Assembly: GCA_036390195.1 (NCBI GenBank)
Contig: DASWCI010000425.1
Location: forward strand, 1 to 51,802
Reading direction: 5' to 3'
DNA: 51,802 nt
Origin: Gemmatimonadaceae bacterium
GTDB taxonomy: Bacteria; Gemmatimonadota; Gemmatimonadetes; Gemmatimonadales; Gemmatimonadaceae
The notes under the pieces were generated by a model. That model did not search any database and was not told where the DNA came from. It saw only the letters and a list, made by a program, of their open reading frames with translations. The translations under genes were made by a program, and so were the position numbers. Positions 27,731 through 37,057 of the stretch are shown in pieces (position 1 is the stretch's first letter; every line of letters starts with the position of its first letter).

Positions 27731-28966
27731 TTGCCGACTATCACGCGTAGAAAGACTGCAACTGCGATTGTAGGTGGCGTACCCATCGGGTCTGACCACC
27801 CAATCGTTGTGCAGTCGATGACAAACACTGACACGGCGGACGCCTCGAGTACTGCCCTTCAAGTGGCGGAACTGGCGCGGGCGGGCAGTCGCTTGGTGCG
27901 AGTCACAGTCAATAACGACGAGGCAGCCCGCGCCGTACCCGAGATCGCCAGCCGACTCGCCGACATGGGCGTCTCCGTTCCCCTGATCGGAGACTTTCAT
28001 TACAACGGTCATTTGCTGTTGGCAAAGTATCCAGCAATGGCGAGATCACTCGCCAAATACCGGATCAATCCGGGCAATGTGGGTGGAAAGCGACGGGATG
28101 AGAACTTTCGAACGATTATTCAGATCGCACTCGACAACAACAAGCCAGTACGGATCGGGGTGAACTGGGGCTCACTCGATCAGGATCTTCTCACCGCGCT
28201 GATGGACGATAATGCGCGTAGCGCAGACCCGCACACTTCCAAGGAAGTTTACATCGAAGCGATGATCCAGAGCGCACTACGCTCAGCTTCGATCGCCGAA
28301 GAAATGGGGCTCGCGCATGGTCGCATCATCATCTCGGCGAAGGTATCCGGAGTACAGGACCTCCTGGACGTCTACCAACAGCTTGCAGTTCGGTGCGATT
28401 ACCCTCTGCATCTCGGTCTTACGGAGGCCGGACTCGGCTCCAAGGGGATCATCGCGAGCACCGCCGCACTCTCTATTCTGTTGTCTGAAGGCATTGGAGA
28501 CACGATTCGAGTGTCCCTGACCCCTCGTCCCGGTGGTGACCGGACAGAGGAAGTTCGAGTCGCACAGCAAATTCTTCAGTCGCTCGAGCTACAGAGTTTT
28601 AATCCTCAGGTCACTGCCTGCCCTGGCTGTGGTCGCACTACATCGACCTTCTTCCAGCATATGGCGGAGGACATTCAGACTTACCTGCGGGACCAAATGC
28701 CGTCGTGGCGCGAGCGCTATCCCGGAGTGATAGACATGAAAGTAGCGGTGATGGGATGCGTGGTTAATGGCCCCGGAGAATCGAAACACGCCAACATCGG
28801 CATTTCACTTCCGGGGACTTTCGAGGAGCCAAAGGCGCCGGTCTACGTCGACGGCAAGCTGATGGTCACGCTGAAGGGTGAGACGATCGTTCCCGAGTTC
28901 TTGAAGATTCTTGACGACTACGTCGAGAAAACTTACGGGGCGCCTGCTCCTGCCGCCCTTGGATAG
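27731..28966 (+). CDS. ispG: 4-hydroxy-3-methylbut-2-enyl diphosphate synthase
   Basis: [71 protein letters not shown]; start approximate (TTG). Confidence 0.97.
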   Translation: MPTITRRKTATAIVGGVPIGSDHPIVVQSMTNTDTADASSTALQVAELARAGSRLVRVTVNNDEAARAVPEIASRLADMGVSVPLIGDFHYNGHLLLAKYPAMARSLAKYRINPGNVGGKRRDENFRTIIQIALDNNKPVRIGVNWGSLDQDLLTALMDDNARSADPHTSKEVYIEAMIQSALRSASIAEEMGLAHGRIIISAKVSGVQDLLDVYQQLAVRCDYPLHLGLTEAGLGSKGIIASTAALSILLSEGIGDTIRVSLTPRPGGDRTEEVRVAQQILQSLELQSFNPQVTACPGCGRTTSTFFQHMAEDIQTYLRDQMPSWRERYPGVIDMKVAVMGCVVNGPGESKHANIGISLPGTFEEPKAPVYVDGKLMVTLKGETIVPEFLKILDDYVEKTYGAPAPAALG

Positions 28967-28975
28967 CGTTTTCCT

Positions 28976-29584
28976 TTAGCCGGCGAGCTTCAACAGCTCA
29001 TTGGAAACGTTGTCGAGCTCCGCCATGATTGGAGCGTCGAACCCGACCTCTCGAAGCCTGTTGTAAACCTGTCTGTACCAACGGGCGGTTCCGGGTCTGC
29101 CTACGCTAAACCGAGCCCAGACTGTTTCGGGATCGACGGTTCGACCCAGATCGGATATGATGGAAGATGCGTTGTGAATCTTGTCCGCGGCGCAAACCCA
29201 GCGGGCTTCTTCGCTCGCATCTGCAAGGCGCTCCAGATAGTCTGCCTTCCGGTCCTCACCCGACAGTTCGATTCCTTCGTCGTCGTGACGACGGTAGGTC
29301 ACAGCCAGAACCGTATCCAGGACTTTCTCACCGAATTTGTCGCCGATTCGCTGCTCGAGCATGTCTCGCGTATAGCCGTCGCGAACGCAGTCCTCGACTA
29401 CATCATGGAGAATTCCCGCGACGATCGTGTCACTGTCGCGGTCGTACCGAGTAAGAATGACAGCCACATTGGCGGGATGGGTGAGGTAGGGAAGCTTTGT
29501 CCCCTTTCGCACCTGGCGGTCGTGATGCTTCGCCGCAAAGGCAAAAGCGTGGTTGATGACGTCAGAGTAACCAGCGACTGTCAT
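28976..29584 (-). CDS. Stand-alone RelA/SpoT-type HD hydrolase (small alarmone hydrolase, Mesh1-like)
   Basis: AFAFAAKHH.RQ.RKG..PYLTHP, GILHDVVED, ADKIHN; no synthetase domain. Confidence 0.85.
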   Translation of the reverse strand: MTVAGYSDVINHAFAFAAKHHDRQVRKGTKLPYLTHPANVAVILTRYDRDSDTIVAGILHDVVEDCVRDGYTRDMLEQRIGDKFGEKVLDTVLAVTYRRHDDEGIELSGEDRKADYLERLADASEEARWVCAADKIHNASSIISDLGRTVDPETVWARFSVGRPGTARWYRQVYNRLREVGFDAPIMAELDNVSNELLKLAG

Positions 29585-30072
29585 TACTTGGCTGCGAACC
29601 AGGATACGAGTCCCTCGAGTCCCTGCTGATCTTCTGAATTGAACGCACCCAGCTGGTCAGAATCTACGTCGAGAACAGCCATTAAATCACCTCGCTGGTC
29701 AAGCACCGGCACGACGATCTCTGACCGGGATCGCGCATCACAGGTAATGTGGCCGGGAAATTTTTCGACATCCGGCACGATCACCGTCCTCATTTCAGCA
29801 GCGGCAGTACCACAAACTCCCTGGCCAAATGCAATATCGAGGCAGCCGAGGCTGCCCTGATACGGACCGACTCTGAGCAGCTGACCTGGCACGGCTACGC
29901 GATAGAAACCGGTCCACAGATATCCGAATGCGTGATGCACGAGCGCCGTGATTGTAGCCATCGCTGTGACCTCATCGTCGATACCGTCGAGGATCGCGCT
30001 GGCGTGGCCCTTGAGCTCGGCGTATGCGCGAGCCTTTGGAACGCTGCGCAGATCGGGGATTGTTTCAGCCAT
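29584..30072 (-). CDS. msrC: GAF-domain free methionine-(R)-sulfoxide reductase
   Basis: WTGFY, GPYQG...C..I..GQGVCG, VPDVEKFPGHITCDARSRSEIVVP, VLDVDS. Confidence 0.9.
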   Translation of the reverse strand: MAETIPDLRSVPKARAYAELKGHASAILDGIDDEVTAMATITALVHHAFGYLWTGFYRVAVPGQLLRVGPYQGSLGCLDIAFGQGVCGTAAAEMRTVIVPDVEKFPGHITCDARSRSEIVVPVLDQRGDLMAVLDVDSDQLGAFNSEDQQGLEGLVSWFAAK

Positions 30073-30078
30073 TGTGAG

Positions 30079-31803
30079 CTATCGCGCTGTCGCAAACTCC
30101 GGTTGAAATCCTTCCGGCTGTCGCGTTGCGCCGAGCATTTCTTCACGTGTCTCGAGCTGCGGCATTTCAGCGTCCCACAGTACGAGGCCGTGAACGCGCA
30201 TGTCAGCACCGCGCAAGCTATCAACGGCGGTTTTCAGCCCGCCAACAGTGGTGTGAGCGATTCGCGCGCACAGAATCAGGTCTGGAGCGGGGATGATGCT
30301 GCTGGCGCTACGCTGAACGTAGCTCGTTGGGGCAGCGATGATGATGAAGTCGTAACGGCGTTGCATCCGAGCGAGCTCTTTCCGCACTTCCTCAACAACA
30401 TTGGCCTCCGGAAGCCCCGAGCGCCTGGTACCACTTGGCAATACGTCGAGTGGCCGGTCACGACCGATTGTCGTCGGAACGATTGCCTCGGGCCACGTCG
30501 CATTACCGGTAATGATTCCCGAAAGCCCGGGATCAGGTCTGATCCGGAGCACGCTCGCAACGCTGCAGGTGGTGGGATCGACATCGACCAGCAGTGTGCT
30601 CCGCGCTTCGTAGGCCGCCGATGCTGCAAGGTTCGCCGCGACGGTTGCGACAATTCCCGGATCATCGCCAGTAATCGTGACGATCGGAACACTTGCCTCA
30701 ACCGAAGCGATGTGCAGATAGAGCGTCCTATAACTCTCTGAAACGACATCGATGAGCGGCGGTGCCTCTACATCCGCCTGACGGCGGCTTCTTTCCACGA
30801 CGACTTCCGGCGGTTTAATCACGGTGAGAACCCGCGCGCCACTTACTTGCTCCGCCTCCCGCGGGTCCGCGATATGGGGACGCTTGAGCTCCGTTCCAAA
30901 CGAGGCAGCAAACCCGACTGCCAGTGCGAGCACGACAGCAGCGGCGAGCATTGCCCAAGGGGGTGCGCCGACGTTAGCCAGTTCCCGAGCTCGCGCCGAC
31001 TCGCGATCGATCCGTGCGTTCTTCTGATTTATTTGATCCAGCTGCTTCACCGCAGCAGCATAATTCTGCTGAGCAGTCGCACGCTGAGCGAGAAGCTGTG
31101 TGGTATCCACAGTGATCACTGGCTTGACGACTGGTGCCGGAGTGGGGCGTATGAGCGCCAGTTTTCCTCTCACCTCGCCGCGTTTTGCGTCGGCAATCCC
31201 CTGTATCTGGCGGCCGATTGCCGTCGCTCGGGAAGTCAGAGACAGGTAGACAGGATCTACACCGCCCACGGCACCGAACGCATTTCTCTCCCGCTCGATG
31301 TCGGCGAGTGAGTCGAGCAGAACGCGAACTCGTGGATCAGCCGCAACTGTGGGCGATGCAGCAAGAGCACGATACGAGGTGGGGAGGGGCGCATTCTCCG
31401 CTCTGTCGATCAAGCGATTGAGCGTTGCGAGCTCTGCGCTCAGCGAATCACGCTGCGCGCGAACCGCCGGTGGGAAAGTGTCGATGACAGCTGCTGGAAC
31501 AGGTATCAGAGCTCGCCGCGTAGCGTTCAACACAGAGTCTGTAACGTTGAGCTCCGCGAGATGGCGATCTCTTGCCGCGACAGTTGGTCCTGAATCAGTT
31601 CGGGCCTCGATTTTTGCGGCCACTGCCAGAGCCTTTCGAGAAGCATTTCTGGGAACGAGCACGAACGCGATCAAAGCACTTATGAATACGACCCCTCCGA
31701 CGATGCCAAACACCACTACCCGCCGAAGCGCATTCCTCGCCCGCGCCGCCATCCACAGGTAGGCGGAGCCTCCGCTCATCCGTGCAATGCTATGAACGTT
31801 CAT
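30079..31803 (-). CDS. Wzc/GumC-like polysaccharide co-polymerase with degenerate BY-kinase domain
   Basis: Two TM helices around a coiled-coil periplasmic region; SESYRTL, AANLA, TLLVDVD, PGLSGII, LDVLPSG, YDFIII. Confidence 0.75.
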   Translation of the reverse strand: MNVHSIARMSGGSAYLWMAARARNALRRVVVFGIVGGVVFISALIAFVLVPRNASRKALAVAAKIEARTDSGPTVAARDRHLAELNVTDSVLNATRRALIPVPAAVIDTFPPAVRAQRDSLSAELATLNRLIDRAENAPLPTSYRALAASPTVAADPRVRVLLDSLADIERERNAFGAVGGVDPVYLSLTSRATAIGRQIQGIADAKRGEVRGKLALIRPTPAPVVKPVITVDTTQLLAQRATAQQNYAAAVKQLDQINQKNARIDRESARARELANVGAPPWAMLAAAVVLALAVGFAASFGTELKRPHIADPREAEQVSGARVLTVIKPPEVVVERSRRQADVEAPPLIDVVSESYRTLYLHIASVEASVPIVTITGDDPGIVATVAANLAASAAYEARSTLLVDVDPTTCSVASVLRIRPDPGLSGIITGNATWPEAIVPTTIGRDRPLDVLPSGTRRSGLPEANVVEEVRKELARMQRRYDFIIIAAPTSYVQRSASSIIPAPDLILCARIAHTTVGGLKTAVDSLRGADMRVHGLVLWDAEMPQLETREEMLGATRQPEGFQPEFATAR

Positions 31804-31944
31804 CCGTCAAAGATTCATTGAGTATGACGCACGCGCGAGGGTCCGTTATGACAGTCATGACGGCAATTCCGCCACTCGGGACCACATCACACATGTTTTC
31901 CAGTCACCGATCCAATTTATACCCGCAACGTTCTATCGGACACG

Positions 31945-31975
31945 AAAAAACGGCGGGGCAATCGCTCCGCCGTTT
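31945..31975 (-). terminator. Terminator after the blue-copper protein gene
   Basis: AAACGGCGGGGC-AATC-GCTCCGCCGTTT with T6 tail on the minus strand. Confidence 0.8.
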
Positions 31976-31998
31976 CCGTTAATCAGGGGAATCCAGCT

Positions 31999-32538
31999 TT
32001 ATTGAACGGTGATAACGCCTTTCATGCCCAGCGCGAGGTGCGGAGTACAGTGAAATGGATACTGGCCAGGTTTGATTTTGGCCAACGAGATAGTGACTGA
32101 CTCACCGGGATTCATTTTCATGTTGCTCGACAGCTCGCTCACCTTGTCCGAGCCCATGTTAGCGTCAAGCTGCGCTTTCACATCCCCGGGGATCGTTGCG
32201 GGGTCGAATGCGACATTGTGTGGACCCCCACTCACGACCACGAACTTGATGCCGTCTCCCTGCTTGACCGTGATATTGGCTGGCTCGAAGCGATAACCCT
32301 TGGCATCCCCAACCATGTTCACCGTTTTGGTAGCTCCAGTGATCGGAGCCATCGCGACGGCGCCGCCGGTCGTACCGGGCGTGGTGGTCGCGCTCGGGCC
32401 AGCTGCTGTAGTGGTCGTGGTTGTCGAGCTTGTATCTACTGCAACGTGCGTCGTGTCACCGGGCTTCTTCTCGCCGCCGGCGCACGCGGAGAGAGTCAAT
32501 ACTGCAACTGCAACCGCAAATCCGTGGAACAACATCAT
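31999..32538 (-). CDS. Plastocyanin/azurin-family type-1 copper lipoprotein
   Basis: Lipobox LSAC, Thr-rich linker, FEPANITVKQGD, GGPHNV, YPFHCTPHLALGMKG (His/Cys/His/Met ligands). Confidence 0.93.
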   Translation of the reverse strand: MMLFHGFAVAVAVLTLSACAGGEKKPGDTTHVAVDTSSTTTTTTAAGPSATTTPGTTGGAVAMAPITGATKTVNMVGDAKGYRFEPANITVKQGDGIKFVVVSGGPHNVAFDPATIPGDVKAQLDANMGSDKVSELSSNMKMNPGESVTISLAKIKPGQYPFHCTPHLALGMKGVITVQ

Positions 32539-32599
32539 TAGAGGCCTCCAGAGCCGTACAGGTATGCACTTATAAGGGTGGTTTTCTTCACTTCCTACT

Positions 32600-32617
32600 T
32601 TGTGAATTTATTCACAA
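32600..32617. promoter_or_regulatory. Rex-type operator (also matches CRP core)
   Basis: TTGTGAA-TTTA-TTCACAA perfect palindrome in the divergent intergenic region. Confidence 0.8.
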
Positions 32618-32688
32618 GCTCGCCGAGACACAATCAATGCGACACTTTCGCCTCTCATGATTCGTGCCCCCATCCTACAGAGCGTCGG

Positions 32689-33402
32689 ATGATCGCAATT
32701 CCAGCACTCGATCTGCGCGGTGGCGCCTGCGTTCAGCTCGCGGCCGGCTCTTACGATCAGGAGGTTATTCGAATCCCCGATCCGATTGGAGTCGCGCTCG
32801 CGTGGAGACAGTACGGATTTCGTCATCTTCACGTGGTTGATCTGGACGCGGTAGCGGGACGTGGCAACAACGCGACCGAAATTCAGGCTATACGGGGAGC
32901 AACGGACGTAGAAGTACAGGTGGGCGGCGGAATCCGAAGCAGAGAGTTGATTCAGCGAGCGCTCGACGATGGTGCACAGCGCGTCGTCATTGGCACCCGC
33001 GCACTCGAAGATCCCGACTGGCTGGTCGAAATGAGCAGCCTTTTTCCGGGATTCATTGTCGTCGCAGCTGACGTTCGTGATCGCAAGATCTTGTCTCACG
33101 GCTGGACCCGAACGCAGCCAAAGCTCGTGCTCGATCTTGTCCAGGATCTCAACGGGCTCCCCCTTGCTGGAGTCCTCGTAACCGCAGTTCACCGAGAGGA
33201 GGCAATGCGCGGCACTGATTTACCGCTCATGGAGGATGTCGCCGATACCGCGGAGTTTCCGGTGTTTGCCTCAGGCGGACTCGGCAGCGTCAACGATCTC
33301 CGAGCTCTTGCAGACCGCGGCGTTGCGGCAGCCATCATTGGGATCGCGCTCTACACCGGAGCGATGGACCCGTGGATCGTTGCCGAGGAGTTCGCCGAGT
33401 AG
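32689..33402 (+). CDS. hisA: ProFAR isomerase HisA (stand-alone)
   Basis: MIAIPALDLRGGACVQL, LHVVDLDA, VQVGGGIR, RVVIGT, FASGG, IIGIALYTG. Confidence 0.88.
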   Translation: MIAIPALDLRGGACVQLAAGSYDQEVIRIPDPIGVALAWRQYGFRHLHVVDLDAVAGRGNNATEIQAIRGATDVEVQVGGGIRSRELIQRALDDGAQRVVIGTRALEDPDWLVEMSSLFPGFIVVAADVRDRKILSHGWTRTQPKLVLDLVQDLNGLPLAGVLVTAVHREEAMRGTDLPLMEDVADTAEFPVFASGGLGSVNDLRALADRGVAAAIIGIALYTGAMDPWIVAEEFAE

Positions 33403-33439
33403 CCGTGCCACTGATCGCTCTGCGATTCCTGTTCGGTAG

Positions 33440-34702
33440 TCAGAACAAACTGATTGTGCGTGGATCCAGTTTCGATGGATCCCCGACGTACGCGAAGCGA
33501 AATCCTTTCATGTATTTTCTCGCCACCCGCTGAACAGCTTCAGGGGTTACGCTCTTCAACTCGTCGACGAAGCGATCGGCTTCGCGGTAGTCACCCTCAT
33601 AGAGTTGCGATCGCGCCAGAAAGTCTGCCTGGGCAGCGTTGGTCTCATTGTCGAGGAAATATTCGGTTATGAATTGCTCCTCGAGCTGCCTAAGTCCGGC
33701 TGGATCGAGCATCCCCTGTTGGAGATCCATTATTGCTGCGCGCATCAGCTTCAACGTGGTGTCCGGCGCAACTGTCGAGACGTACAACCCGCCAGCAGTC
33801 GCCGCTCGATCAATAAAAGGTGCGTGCACATCATAGGTGAGGTTTTGACGAGTTCTAATCTCGGCGAACATGCGGCCGGTCAGAACCGATGTGGCGACCC
33901 TGAGCGCCTGGTAGTCCGGCCCGCTAGCGAGTGGACCGCTGTAGTAGCCGAGTATGTAATTGGTGGGCAGCTGCCGCCGCTCGATCACAATGGCTGTGTG
34001 CCCCTCAGGTACGCGCGGCGGCGGAGTCCACTTGTAGCTTCCCCGCGGTAGCTGACCGATTGATTGAGTCACCAGTCGCTCAATGTGTGCGCGGTCGATG
34101 TTTCCGACTACGACCAGCAATATTCTCGAAGTCACGAACTGAGTACGCTCATACTCGCGTAGTGCAGCCGAGTCGAGAGCTTGGATCGACTTCTCGTTGC
34201 CGACCACCGACACTGAGTAGGGATGGCCAACAAATGCGATGCTGTCGGCGAGATAGTCAGCAAGCGCATCTGGGTCATCCCTTCGCTGTCTGATTCCCGA
34301 CAGATACTGGGCCTTCACCAGATTGATTTCTGATTTGGCCAAAGTCGGATGCATTACCCGATCAGCGAAGATCGACCAGGTCGAGTCGAACACCTCTGTG
34401 CTCGATCGAATCCCGAACATCGTCCAGTCCGCGTTCGGAGCAATTACGATCTCACTACCCAGCCGTGACATCGCGCGGCGGAGCGAGTTCTTGGGATAGT
34501 GTAAGGTTCCGCGCTCGGAAACCTCGAGCAGAATAGGTTCGATCCCCGCGTTTGCCTCGGATACTTGCCGTGAGCCACCCAGGAAATAGACATTCGCCGC
34601 CACGACGTTGTTGGCGTTGTTCTGCCGAAGAATGACGTGTACGCCCGAGACGTCGAAGCTGGTCGTCGCACTAGCCAGAGCTAGCGCAATTGAAAGAAGC
34701 AT
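33440..34702 (-). CDS. M16B peptidase, non-catalytic partner subunit
   Basis: M16 fold motifs (VGNEKSI, LLVVVGN, RMFAEIR...LTY) without HxxEH; ATG overlaps upstream TGA. Confidence 0.85.
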   Translation of the reverse strand: MLLSIALALASATTSFDVSGVHVILRQNNANNVVAANVYFLGGSRQVSEANAGIEPILLEVSERGTLHYPKNSLRRAMSRLGSEIVIAPNADWTMFGIRSSTEVFDSTWSIFADRVMHPTLAKSEINLVKAQYLSGIRQRRDDPDALADYLADSIAFVGHPYSVSVVGNEKSIQALDSAALREYERTQFVTSRILLVVVGNIDRAHIERLVTQSIGQLPRGSYKWTPPPRVPEGHTAIVIERRQLPTNYILGYYSGPLASGPDYQALRVATSVLTGRMFAEIRTRQNLTYDVHAPFIDRAATAGGLYVSTVAPDTTLKLMRAAIMDLQQGMLDPAGLRQLEEQFITEYFLDNETNAAQADFLARSQLYEGDYREADRFVDELKSVTPEAVQRVARKYMKGFRFAYVGDPSKLDPRTISLF

Positions 34703-36102
34703 CAGCGTGTCCCCGTCATGACGAGATCGTCGGGCGCAAGCTTCAACGCCTGGCGTGCCTCGGGCGCAATAAGAACTCCTGAAATGTGCGGCTTGCCGAC
34801 GATATAGCGCCGCGCATATGCGCGCACGTCCGCGATTGTCTGGTGTGCCATGTAGTCGACGTATCCCATGTAGTATTCGAGACTGGCGACGCTCCACCAG
34901 AACCCCAACGTGTGCGCGAAACCCGAGGCGCGTTCTCGATCGAACGCTGAAGTCACGGCGCGGTGTGCCTTGACCGCCTCCAGCTCATCGGACGTGAAGT
35001 AGCCAGGCGAATCGAACTTCGCGATCTCACCATAGAGCGCCGTTAATGCTTCGCGCAGCTGTTCCGGCGATGTCTGCCCACTGATTGTAATCGGTCCGGT
35101 GTGATTGAGCGTGTAATAGTTGACACCGACACCCTGCCATAGTCCGCTGTCTACCAGCCGTTGCTGGAACTGCGATTGAGGGTCGTTCAGGACATCCGAA
35201 AATACATCGGCTGCATATGTGGACTTTGGATCCTGTCCAACGCTGGGACCTTGCCATTGAATCTGAACAGTCACAGCTCCTACCGGGGCTTCGACGACTA
35301 CCCCTTCACTTTTCTGAAGAGGAGGAATGGGCGGGATCGGATCAGTAGCGAACGGATCAGCACCACGACTCCAATGTCCCAACTCGCTCTCGACGAGGGC
35401 GAATACCGTGGCCGGGTTTACATCGCCAGCAACAATCATGACCGAGTTGTTCGGCACGTAGTACTTCTGCTGAATGGTCCGCATTTTTTCTGGCGTCGTC
35501 GTCAAAACGATCTGCCGGTCACCGATTACGTCCTTTCTGCTGAAGTTTCCGGGATAGAGCTTCGCGTCCATCTGCCTTGAGAGCGCGAAAAACGGGCTTG
35601 ATTCATTTCTGTCGTATTCCCCGATCACGACCTGGCGTTCCCGCTCGAGCTCGTCACGCCGGAATAGCGGCTCGCGGAGCGCGGTAGCAAGCAGCTGTAC
35701 TGCATCCGCCAGCTTTTCCGCCGGAACCGTCATGTAGTAGTTGACCCTCTCTTCCTGGGTCGTGCCATTGAACACCGCTCCGAGATCCGAGGCTTGGTCC
35801 CAAAACTGGTTGGGCTCCGGATATTTCGAGTTCGCCCGGAAGAACATGTGCTCATACATATGAGCGAGTCCTTCGTATTCAGGGCTCTGTGTAAACGATC
35901 CGTTCTTTACGTCGATCTCGATCGTCGCTAAGGGAACGCCGTGGTTCTCGACGACAATCACCTCGAGGCCATTAGTCAGGACCTTGCGTTGAATGATTTT
36001 TTCCAGCTCCGCTCGCTGGCCTCGCGCCTGCATCGGAGCAAGCGCCAACACGAAGAATACCAGAGTAGCGCAGTAACGAAGGACACCCTTTCTTTCGAAC
36101 AT
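34702..36102 (-). CDS. M16B zinc peptidase, catalytic subunit
   Basis: Signal peptide, LTNGLEV, GLAHMYEHMFF (HxxEH), ERQVVIGE, YYVPNN..MIVAGD. Confidence 0.92.
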   Translation of the reverse strand: MFERKGVLRYCATLVFFVLALAPMQARGQRAELEKIIQRKVLTNGLEVIVVENHGVPLATIEIDVKNGSFTQSPEYEGLAHMYEHMFFRANSKYPEPNQFWDQASDLGAVFNGTTQEERVNYYMTVPAEKLADAVQLLATALREPLFRRDELERERQVVIGEYDRNESSPFFALSRQMDAKLYPGNFSRKDVIGDRQIVLTTTPEKMRTIQQKYYVPNNSVMIVAGDVNPATVFALVESELGHWSRGADPFATDPIPPIPPLQKSEGVVVEAPVGAVTVQIQWQGPSVGQDPKSTYAADVFSDVLNDPQSQFQQRLVDSGLWQGVGVNYYTLNHTGPITISGQTSPEQLREALTALYGEIAKFDSPGYFTSDELEAVKAHRAVTSAFDRERASGFAHTLGFWWSVASLEYYMGYVDYMAHQTIADVRAYARRYIVGKPHISGVLIAPEARQALKLAPDDLVMTGTR

Positions 36103-37057
36103 GTCAGATTCTGTGAAAGCCCGCGCAGACCATTACGAGCAGTTAGTAAATCGATTAGACGCCAAGAGGCTCAAGCGCAATGAGCCTCTTGCTCCATACA
36201 CCACATTCAAGATCGGTGGTCCGGCCGATCTCTTTTACAATGCAACATCGGCCGATGATCTGGCAGGGGCAGTTGCTGCCGCTCGCGATCTCGGAATGGA
36301 GTATTTCGTCCTCGGACTGGGCGCGAACATTCTGGTCGGCGACAGGGGCTTCCGCGGCCTGGTTATCCGCAACACGTCGAGCCATCTGAAGTTCCTGGAT
36401 GATGGAAAGCTCTGGGTAGAGAGCGGTGCGGTAATGGCCAGACTCATACCCCAAGCTGTAGAGCGCGGCTTGTCGGGGCTGGAGCATTACGTCGGAATCC
36501 CAAGCACGGTTGGTGGAGCTGTCTGGCAAAACCTTCATTTTTTGTCGCCGGCTCCTGCCAGGGAGAGAACAATGTTCATCGCCGAAGTCTTCGAATCAGC
36601 TGACCTGCTCACACACGATGGGAAGCTAAGAACAGTCGACCGGGATTACATGCAGTTCGGCTACGACACGAGCACGCTCCACAAACAGCGGGACATTGCC
36701 CTGGCTGTGACTTTCCAGCTGGAGCACAGGGATACAGCGGTGATGCATCGCATCATGCAGGAAAATCTGAGCTGGCGAGGTGGCAAGCATCCCTGGCTCG
36801 AGTATCACCCCAGTGCGGGCTCGATCTTCAAAAAGATCGAAGGGGTCGGCGCCGGTCGCCTAATCGACCAGGTCGGATTAAAGGGTTTCCGACACGGAGA
36901 TGCGCAGATCTCACACATTCATGCCAACATCATGGTCAATCTCGGCAAGGCGACAGCGAAGGATGTCCGCGAGCTCATCACGATCGCGCAGAACAAAGTA
37001 CACGAGCGATTTGGTCAGCACCTCGAGCCAGAGATTGGTTTTGTTGGCGAATTCTGA
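36101..37057 (+). CDS. murB: UDP-N-acetylenolpyruvoylglucosamine reductase
   Basis: TTFKIGGPAD, LGLGANILVGD, GLE...GIPSTVGGA, PSAGSIFK, AGRLID, HANIMVN, LEPEI. Confidence 0.95.
   Translation: MSDSVKARADHYEQLVNRLDAKRLKRNEPLAPYTTFKIGGPADLFYNATSADDLAGAVAAARDLGMEYFVLGLGANILVGDRGFRGLVIRNTSSHLKFLDDGKLWVESGAVMARLIPQAVERGLSGLEHYVGIPSTVGGAVWQNLHFLSPAPARERTMFIAEVFESADLLTHDGKLRTVDRDYMQFGYDTSTLHKQRDIALAVTFQLEHRDTAVMHRIMQENLSWRGGKHPWLEYHPSAGSIFKKIEGVGAGRLIDQVGLKGFRHGDAQISHIHANIMVNLGKATAKDVRELITIAQNKVHERFGQHLEPEIGFVGEF

Noticed and set aside
28976-29584. HD hydrolase as antitoxin of a toxic alarmone synthetase
   Set aside because: No adjacent synthetase or toxin-like gene
29749-30741. 330-aa plus-strand ORF and other long alternative ORFs (e.g. 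19410-20237, 38946-39815, 47048-47671)
   Set aside because: Antisense to well-supported genes; expected in GC-rich DNA
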